Origin: Bdellovibrionales bacterium
GTDB lineage: Bacteria; Bdellovibrionota; Bdellovibrionia; Bdellovibrionales; JAUICD01
Length of the DNA stretch: 64,000 nucleotides
NCBI GenBank assembly: GCA_965197425.1
Contig: CBDANC010000015.1
Span: forward strand, 64,001-128,000
Reading direction: 5' to 3'
The position numbers were made by a program, and so were the translations under genes. Below are positions 57,307 through 64,000 of the stretch, piece after piece (the first letter of the stretch is position 1; every line of letters begins with the position of its first letter). The notes below the pieces were generated by a model that worked only from the letters and a program-made list of their open reading frames with translations, searched no databases and was not told the origin of the DNA.

Positions 57307-59175
57307 ATGTGTGGAATTATAGGATATCAAGGAAAGAGAGAAGCTTGTGAAGTGTTAATCAGAGGATTAAAGACTCTGGAGTATAGAGGTTACGATAGTT
57401 CAGGCATTAGTGTTATTAAAGAAAATAAATTTTCAAGAATACGCTCTGAGGGAACACTCAGTAACCTTGTGGAAAAAATAGAAGGTGAAGACTTAAAAAG
57501 TTCCATTGGTATTGGGCATACAAGGTGGGCAACTCATGGTATTGTCTCAGAATTAAATGCACACCCTCATCAAGTTGGTAGTGTGAGTATAGTTCACAAT
57601 GGTATTATCGAAAACTATATAGAGCTACGGGAACAAATAAAAAAAGAACAAAAAAATATTGTCCTTTCATCTGATACAGACTCCGAACTAATAGCTGCCC
57701 TTATCTATACTAATATAGAAAAAGGTTTGTTAAACGCAGTGTTGGAAACTTTGCCTAAATTGCAAGGTGCATATGCTGTTGTGGCTATGTGTGAAACTGA
57801 GCCGAATACCATAATAGGTTTTAAAAATGGCCCACCACTTGTTATAGGTACTGGAGATGGAGAAACTATAGTAGCCAGTGATATCAACCCTATTGTACCT
57901 TACACAAAAAATATTCTATACATGGAAGATAACGAAGTTATAGAAATTGTTGATAACAAATTAAGATTATTAGACACCAGTGGTAGGGAGAAATCACCAA
58001 AATTCATTAGCGCAAGTTGGAATGTAGAAGAAGAGGGAAAAAAAGGCTTTTCTCACTATATGCTAAAGGAAATTTTTGATCAGCCATCTAGTATAAAACA
58101 AGCAATCTTACCATTTTTGAACATAAAAAATAAAACTATAAATTTACCTAGCTTAGGTTTCGGAAAAAGTTTTATAGATTTTGTAAATGGTAATAACAGC
58201 TCCCATGACAATACATATGAAGTATTAAAAAAAGTTGAACATATTTTTATAGTTTCTTGTGGTACAAGCTATCATGCTGGTTTAGTTGGAAAATATATGA
58301 TCGAAAATTGGACTAATGTGAAAGTTGAAGTTGATATGTCCAGTGAGTTTAGGTATAGACGACCTCTAGTTCCTAAAAATTCTTTGTTCATATCTATATC
58401 TCAAAGTGGCGAGACTGCAGATAGTATTGAAGCATTAAGGCTTGCAAAAAAACTAGGAGCAGAAACTCTTTCGATAAGCAATACACCAGGATCTACATTA
58501 GATAGAGAATCGAATGGTCACATCTACATGTCTGCAGGCCCTGAAATAGGAGTAGCCAGTACCAAGGCATTCACATGCTCACTAGTAGGTTTAACTGCTC
58601 TGGCATTTTGTATGTCTAAATTGAAAAATAAAAACCCTATAGGAGAGTCAAAAATTTTCGATGCATTTATTGCGTTACCAACTCAAATAGAGACTGTTCT
58701 TGGTTTAGATAAAACTGTTCAACAAATTGCAAGCTCCTTCAAGAATTTTAAATTTTTGTTTATAGGTAGAGGTATTAGTTATCCAATAGCTTTAGAGGGA
58801 GCTTTGAAATTAAAAGAGTTAGCATATATTCATGCTGAAGGGTATGCAGCAGGGGAGATGAAACACGGGCCTATAGCATTGATAGATAAAAATATGACAA
58901 TTGTTGCAATAGCACCTTTAGATCATGTTTATGAAAAGACGATTAATAACCTAGAAGAGGCTAAGGCCAGAGGTGCTAACATAATATCAATTACCGACTC
59001 AAACAATAAACACCTAGATCAATTAACCCTTCACCAGATTGTAATACCAAACAATATATTGTCAGGTGTTTTAAGTGTTATTCCATTACAGCTACTTGCT
59101 TTCCATATTGCAAAAGCCTTAGGTCATAATGCGGATAGGCCAAGAAATTTGGCTAAGTCAGTTACAGTGGAATAA
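57307..59175 (+). CDS. glmS: Glucosamine-fructose-6-phosphate aminotransferase
   Basis: MCGIIG, LEYRGYDS, GHTRWATHG, SQSGETAD, PRNLAKSVTVE. Confidence 0.98.
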   Translation: MCGIIGYQGKREACEVLIRGLKTLEYRGYDSSGISVIKENKFSRIRSEGTLSNLVEKIEGEDLKSSIGIGHTRWATHGIVSELNAHPHQVGSVSIVHNGIIENYIELREQIKKEQKNIVLSSDTDSELIAALIYTNIEKGLLNAVLETLPKLQGAYAVVAMCETEPNTIIGFKNGPPLVIGTGDGETIVASDINPIVPYTKNILYMEDNEVIEIVDNKLRLLDTSGREKSPKFISASWNVEEEGKKGFSHYMLKEIFDQPSSIKQAILPFLNIKNKTINLPSLGFGKSFIDFVNGNNSSHDNTYEVLKKVEHIFIVSCGTSYHAGLVGKYMIENWTNVKVEVDMSSEFRYRRPLVPKNSLFISISQSGETADSIEALRLAKKLGAETLSISNTPGSTLDRESNGHIYMSAGPEIGVASTKAFTCSLVGLTALAFCMSKLKNKNPIGESKIFDAFIALPTQIETVLGLDKTVQQIASSFKNFKFLFIGRGISYPIALEGALKLKELAYIHAEGYAAGEMKHGPIALIDKNMTIVAIAPLDHVYEKTINNLEEAKARGANIISITDSNNKHLDQLTLHQIVIPNNILSGVLSVIPLQLLAFHIAKALGHNADRPRNLAKSVTVE

Positions 59176-59184
59176 AACTAACCT

Positions 59185-60372
59185 TTAGTGTTTAGCTTCC
59201 ATAGATATTGCTACAGCAGACAGTTTTGCAATAATGCCATAGACATTTTCCATCATAATGCCGTTTGTTGGGGACTCAATATCTGTCATGCAAAACTTTT
59301 TAAACACACTTCCTGGAGAATTTAGATTGTCAGTTATTGTTTTTTTCCCATGAGTTCTAAGGAAACCTCCTACTAAATTATCTCCAATCATATATAATAC
59401 TGGCTCCGCAATGTATCCTTCATCAGTTTTTATGCATGATGGTACACCCTCTTGGATAATTAATTCATTAACTGTTGTGCCAAGTTTTCCAGTTTTAATT
59501 CTCGATTTTTGTTTTTCATTCCAATCCAAAATATCTTTTGGATTTTTTACGGGAATAACACCCATGCCATATGTTCCTGAGTTGTTTTTGATAAACAAAA
59601 ATGGATCACTTTTAATTTCTCTTTCTTTATAATCATGGGATAAGGTTTTTATCATCTCCTCTGACATTTTAACTAGATGTTCAAATTGTATCTCTTCTAC
59701 ATTTACAGTTTCTGCCATCAGAGAGAGATACCAAGGATCGAGGTTTAAAAGATCGCATAACTCATTTACAACTCTGTGATAATATTTTAAATGAACACTT
59801 TTTTTTCTATTAAACCAACCCAATTCATACGGTGGGATGAGGGGTTGTTTTATGTTTTCAAATAATTTGTTTTTTAAAGTAAAATCATTGTTACTCAAGA
59901 TTAAATCGATTTCATGATCATCTACTCTTGCAATTCTATCTTTTATCTGTACATCTGATAGCACAACAGTTCTGCCAGATGAAGTGGTAATACTACCACT
60001 ATCCATGTGTGTTGCCATACTTATTAGACATTGGAATCCAGCTTCTTTAATGATGGAAAATATGGTATATATATTGTCCCAGTAGAATAAATTTCTGGTA
60101 TTATCTTCTGTCAAAAGGAGTATTGTTTTAATGTTACCATATCTTTTTAGTATAAAACTTCTAAAAACTTCTGATGAAGTTTCTTTGTCTACATCACACA
60201 TATTGTTAAATCCAGCAGGATATATATTTGCATCTATTGGAGCAATTTTAAATCCAGCATTTCTAATATCTACACTTGAATAAACGGTACATGGAAATTG
60301 ATTAAATTTAGTTTTAAAGAAATCATAGATGGTATCTTTTTTGCCTCTTATAGTAGTGAGAATATGATCCAT
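59185..60372 (-). CDS. gshA: Glutamate--cysteine ligase (ATP-grasp GshA type)
   Basis: YSSVDIRNAGFKIAPIDANIYPAGFNN, K..SGTYGMG, IIQEGV, NLNSPG. Confidence 0.9.
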   Translation of the reverse strand: MDHILTTIRGKKDTIYDFFKTKFNQFPCTVYSSVDIRNAGFKIAPIDANIYPAGFNNMCDVDKETSSEVFRSFILKRYGNIKTILLLTEDNTRNLFYWDNIYTIFSIIKEAGFQCLISMATHMDSGSITTSSGRTVVLSDVQIKDRIARVDDHEIDLILSNNDFTLKNKLFENIKQPLIPPYELGWFNRKKSVHLKYYHRVVNELCDLLNLDPWYLSLMAETVNVEEIQFEHLVKMSEEMIKTLSHDYKEREIKSDPFLFIKNNSGTYGMGVIPVKNPKDILDWNEKQKSRIKTGKLGTTVNELIIQEGVPSCIKTDEGYIAEPVLYMIGDNLVGGFLRTHGKKTITDNLNSPGSVFKKFCMTDIESPTNGIMMENVYGIIAKLSAVAISMEAKH

Positions 60373-60373
60373 A

Positions 60374-61135
60374 TTAAATCTCTTGGTTTATTTTTAGTTG
60401 AACAACAAGCCAAGCTGCACCTACAACTGCAACAGGTAATAAGAGTAGGTTAATTACTGGCATAATTCCAAAAAAACAACAAAACCCAGTAAATTCAATA
60501 AAATATTTCTTGAATATAGAAAATCTTTTTTTCAAATCAAACTCAAGTATTTCTAATGAATAATCTAAACAATCAGATGTAATAATCAAAAGACCTATAA
60601 ATCCTGCTAGTATGCTTAAGCCAGGGACAAAGAAAGAAAGCAAAAATGGTACAAGACCAATTATTAACAGAACGGAGGTTCTGATTATTGAGATAAAAAA
60701 CATTCTAGCACAAGTTTTTAGCCAGTTTGAAATAGAAAATGGTTTTTGTTCAAGTGCATTTAGATCTTTAAGCGTTCTTTCTGCTAGTAGAGAATGGAAA
60801 GGGATGCATATGATGTTTACTAGAATCATCATTATAAACACCCATAAGATAGAAATAACAATATAAGTTGTTACGTTCAGTAAAAGCTTTGCAATTGTAG
60901 CCACAATTCCGCTGGACAGTATTGCTGTTTTTGGAGAGAAAAGAAAAGACAAAAACATAGGGAAAGTGCCAAAGCTGAACTCAAATGCTAGTATCAAACC
61001 TATAATTACAAGCACCAGTGATATTGCAAACGGTGCGATGCTAAGGTGCAGTAACTTGGTATTGTTTTTTATTAATTTAAAACCATTAATTGGAGCTTTG
61101 AAACCTAAAATAAATCTAGGTATTAAATTTCTCAT
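60374..61135 (-). CDS. EI24/CysZ-like membrane protein
   Basis: Multi-TM; PFHSLLAER, DYSLE, PVINLLLLPVAVVGA. Confidence 0.8.
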   Translation of the reverse strand: MRNLIPRFILGFKAPINGFKLIKNNTKLLHLSIAPFAISLVLVIIGLILAFEFSFGTFPMFLSFLFSPKTAILSSGIVATIAKLLLNVTTYIVISILWVFIMMILVNIICIPFHSLLAERTLKDLNALEQKPFSISNWLKTCARMFFISIIRTSVLLIIGLVPFLLSFFVPGLSILAGFIGLLIITSDCLDYSLEILEFDLKKRFSIFKKYFIEFTGFCCFFGIMPVINLLLLPVAVVGAAWLVVQLKINQEI

Positions 61136-61205
61136 ATACTTATTAAAACCTGCTACAAGCTATTCATCAGATCAAGATATTGTAACTTTAGATCAATTAG
61201 CCTGT

Positions 61206-62372
61206 TTATTTGACGTGAGCAAGCTTTTTGTTTAAGAAGATTTCTGCTAGATACTGTTCAACCAATTCGTGCCTGACAAGTTCTGTTAAATTGTTTTCAA
61301 AAGAAACCATTCCATCTTTTGCTCCCGTTTGTATTACAGATTTAATTTGAAAACCTTTGTTTTCTCTTATCAGGTTTGAAACTGCTGGGTTATTTACCAA
61401 AACTTCAAATGCAGCAACTCTGCCTGTCTTACCTTTAACAGGGAATAGTTTCTGTGAGACTACCCCTTTTAAACTCTCTGCTAACATTGTTCTTACTTGT
61501 GATTGTTGATCAGCAGGGAACACATCAATAATACGCTCAAGTGTACTTGTTGCATTAGAAGAGTGAAGTGTAGATAACACCAAGTGACCAGTTTCAGCTG
61601 CTGTTAGAGCAAGGGATATGGACTCCAAATCCCTAAGCTCACCTACAAGAATTACATCAGGGTCTTCTCTTAAGGCAGCCTTAAGGGCATTTTTAAAGCT
61701 TTTGGTGTTAGACCCTAGCTCTCTTTGGTTTACAATAGATAATATATCTTTGTGAACAAATTCAACTGGATCTTCTATTGTTAGAATATGACAATGTTTT
61801 GTTTTGTTTATATGGTCTACCATAGAAGCCAAGGTCGTGGATTTACCAGAACCTGTAGCACCTGTTACAAGTATCATCCCTCTATCTAACGCAGCTAATT
61901 TTTTTAGCACAGGCGGCAGGTTCAATTTGTCAATTGGAACCACATCTTCAGGGATTAAACGAAGTGCAGCGGCGAGACCATTCTTCTGCATGAATATATT
62001 AATTCTGAATCTACCTAAGCCTTCAATGCCATATGATTTATCCAACTCCCAGTTTTCTATAAATTGTCTTTGTTCTCTTTCAGATAGGATCTCAAATAAT
62101 AAAAGCTGACACTCTTCTTTCTCTATTATATTTTCATTCAACTTAGTGATTTTACCGTCTACACGATAATATATGGGCTTTCCACTAGATATGTGTAAGT
62201 CACTGGCTTTTACACTACACATAATTTCCAAAAGCTTGTGTATGTGAGGTGCGGAGGCACTGCTGGCAAAAGATGACCCAGTTACATTTTCCCCTACAGC
62301 ACTTTTAGTTGTATTGGGTATATCAACATCCATAGTTCTTGTTTGATCTAGGTTTTTCTTGCTTTCCGACAT
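61206..62372 (-). CDS. pilT: Type IV pilus retraction ATPase PilT/PilU family
   Basis: ASDLH, GATGSGKSTT, TIEDPVE, ALREDPD..VGELRD, AAETGHLV.STLH; start moved to ATG 62372. Confidence 0.93.
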   Translation of the reverse strand: MSESKKNLDQTRTMDVDIPNTTKSAVGENVTGSSFASSASAPHIHKLLEIMCSVKASDLHISSGKPIYYRVDGKITKLNENIIEKEECQLLLFEILSEREQRQFIENWELDKSYGIEGLGRFRINIFMQKNGLAAALRLIPEDVVPIDKLNLPPVLKKLAALDRGMILVTGATGSGKSTTLASMVDHINKTKHCHILTIEDPVEFVHKDILSIVNQRELGSNTKSFKNALKAALREDPDVILVGELRDLESISLALTAAETGHLVLSTLHSSNATSTLERIIDVFPADQQSQVRTMLAESLKGVVSQKLFPVKGKTGRVAAFEVLVNNPAVSNLIRENKGFQIKSVIQTGAKDGMVSFENNLTELVRHELVEQYLAEIFLNKKLAHVK

Positions 62373-62442
62373 AGGTATCCCCTGACCCATTCTGTTCGGT
62401 ATGTATTGAAAATTTATTAATAGTGGGATAGAAAAAAGGCAT

Positions 62443-63621
62443 ATGACTTTATTAATCTCTTCTGAGCCAAACATTCAAAAAGTAGCTGTTATCCATAAAA
62501 GCAAGACAGTGGATTATTTCGAGAGCCGAGATTTTGAGCTAGATGTGGGCTCTATATACAAGGCAAAAGTTAAAAATATTATCCCAGGTCTTAAGTTTTT
62601 ATTTTTAGACTTAGGAGGAAATCTTAGTGGATTCATGAAAAATGTGGAAACCAACGAATTTCACCTAGGTCAGCATCTTATGGTTCAAGTAGCTACTTTG
62701 CCCTACAAAAATAAGCTTGCTAGGGTGAGCTTAGATATTTCGATTCAAGGGCTGACTTCAGTATATATGCCAAAGAAAGTAGGTATAGGTATCTCAAAGG
62801 AGATAGAGGATGAAGAAGTAAGAAACAAACTTATTACAGGGATAAGTGAGCTTGAAATTACAGATGGTGTTATACTCAGAAGTTATGCAAAAAAATCTGC
62901 AGTTAAAACTATAGAAAATGAAATAACCTATCTTAAAAGTACTTATGAAAACGTAAAAAAAATATATTCTTCCAAAAAATCTATAGGTTTAGTTTACAGG
63001 GATTCCCCCTTACCTGTTAGGGTTATAAAGAACTTTGCTAAGTTTGGTATTACAAAAGTTTACTCTGATAACAAGTCCTTGATATCAGATATTGAGCTTT
63101 TCTTAAAAACCTTCACTTTAAAGGTGAGTATTTCACTTTATGACACATCAAAGAACATATTTGACCAATATGATGTCAAAGATCGTTTGAAAAAAGCTTT
63201 TTTCAGAAAAATTTATTTGCCTTCTGGAGGACATATTATTTTTGATGAAGCAGAAGGGTTTGTTTTGATCGATGTAAATACAGGAAGTTTTCTGGGTAAA
63301 AAAAATGTAGAAAAGACAATACTAAAGACAAACTTGGAAGCAGCTCTGGAAATCTGCATTCAACTTAGAATTAGAAACTATAGCGGCATTATACTAATTG
63401 ATTTTATAGATATGGATCAAAACTTAAGTAAAAAAAAGTTAATAAATGTTTTACATAAGGAACTAAAGAAGGACATAGCCAGAACAAATCTAATTGGCTT
63501 TACCAGGTTAGGTTTAATTGAAATGACTAGAAGACGAACCGGCGTAAGCCTAAATGAAATGTACTCAAACACCTGTCCTCATTGCATGGGAAAAGGGGTG
63601 TTATCCACCAAACCAGATTAG
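62443..63621 (+). CDS. rng: Ribonuclease E/G family (RNase G-like, short)
   Basis: GSIYKAKV, IDVNTG, IRNYSGIILIDFIDM, LIEMTRRR, CPHCMGKG. Confidence 0.9.
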   Translation: MTLLISSEPNIQKVAVIHKSKTVDYFESRDFELDVGSIYKAKVKNIIPGLKFLFLDLGGNLSGFMKNVETNEFHLGQHLMVQVATLPYKNKLARVSLDISIQGLTSVYMPKKVGIGISKEIEDEEVRNKLITGISELEITDGVILRSYAKKSAVKTIENEITYLKSTYENVKKIYSSKKSIGLVYRDSPLPVRVIKNFAKFGITKVYSDNKSLISDIELFLKTFTLKVSISLYDTSKNIFDQYDVKDRLKKAFFRKIYLPSGGHIIFDEAEGFVLIDVNTGSFLGKKNVEKTILKTNLEAALEICIQLRIRNYSGIILIDFIDMDQNLSKKKLINVLHKELKKDIARTNLIGFTRLGLIEMTRRRTGVSLNEMYSNTCPHCMGKGVLSTKPD

Positions 63622-63775
63622 AAGTAATGGCGTGTATATAGCGAATTTTCACGGCGCTGGGATAGGTTAGGGTGTCTACATCTACTAAAAAATAAAGCTG
63701 TAAGAATTGACAATTGTTGGTTGTTATGAGACAACTTTCAGGTTTCAAACCTTGAGGTAGATGGGAGATATCTAA

Positions 63776-64000
63776 ATGTATGCCATTATTCAATCCGGAG
63801 GAAGACAATACAAGGTGTCTCCTGGTGAAAAGATTACAACGTATCACAAGGATTGTTTCAAACTTGAAGCCAATCAACCTGTTAAAATTGATAAGGTTTT
63901 GGGGTTTGGAGATAATAATACTTTCAAAGCAGGCAGTCCATTTGTAGATGCTGTGGCTCATTTCAAGGTTTTAAGAGCTTTTAAGCAAAAGAAGGTGTTG
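63776..64000 (+). CDS. rplU: 50S ribosomal protein L21 (partial; runs off window)
   Basis: Not in ORF track. Manual translation MYAIIQSGGRQYKVSPGE...DKVL...GSPFV. Confidence 0.93.
   Translation, partial: MYAIIQSGGRQYKVSPGEKITTYHKDCFKLEANQPVKIDKVLGFGDNNTFKAGSPFVDAVAHFKVLRAFKQKKVL

Noticed and set aside
714..62109. Numerous short antisense ORFs inside housekeeping genes
   Set aside because: Shadow frames of well-supported genes with no independent evidence
63628..63643. Sigma-54-like TGGCGTG-N4-TAGC upstream of rplU
   Set aside because: Poor -12 element, no visible enhancer sites, and a TTGACA box lies nearer the gene
63527..63961. 144-aa minus-strand ORF
   Set aside because: Overlaps rng and rplU, which are clearly encoded on the plus strand

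Overview
AT-rich, gene-dense bacterial chromosome segment made mostly of housekeeping genes: miaA, mutL, gdhA, coaE, addB/addA-like, thiolase, mutS, three PPIase/SurA genes with pdxA, rpsF-DUF2232-rplI-dnaB, fis, ftsK, oppD/F, alaS, recX, recA, sucAB-lpdA, recG, eno, glmS, gshA, pilT, rng and rplU. Gene content and order suggest a compact Bdellovibrionota/deltaproteobacteria-like genome (inference only). I saw no rRNA, tRNA, CRISPR array or transposase. The unusual signal is mostly non-coding. (1) A dispersed, modular family of palindromic repeats occupies at least 9 intergenic spacers. Its units have conserved ends, an outer stem with compensatory changes and interchangeable internal hairpins with GNA-triloop/tandem-GA motifs; two ~92% identical copies bracket gdhA in inverted orientation. 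(2) An 85-bp structured unit is repeated 3x upstream of rpsF. (3) A complete-looking sigma-54 small-RNA unit (tandem enhancer palindromes, near-consensus -24/-12 box, ~75-nt C/U-rich RNA, intrinsic terminator) lies between ftsK and ygfZ. Protein-level oddities include four paralogous outer-membrane beta-barrels, a histone-H1-like protein fused to a Cys/His domain, a GlmU lacking its uridyltransferase half, and an apparent local inversion that separates recA from recX.
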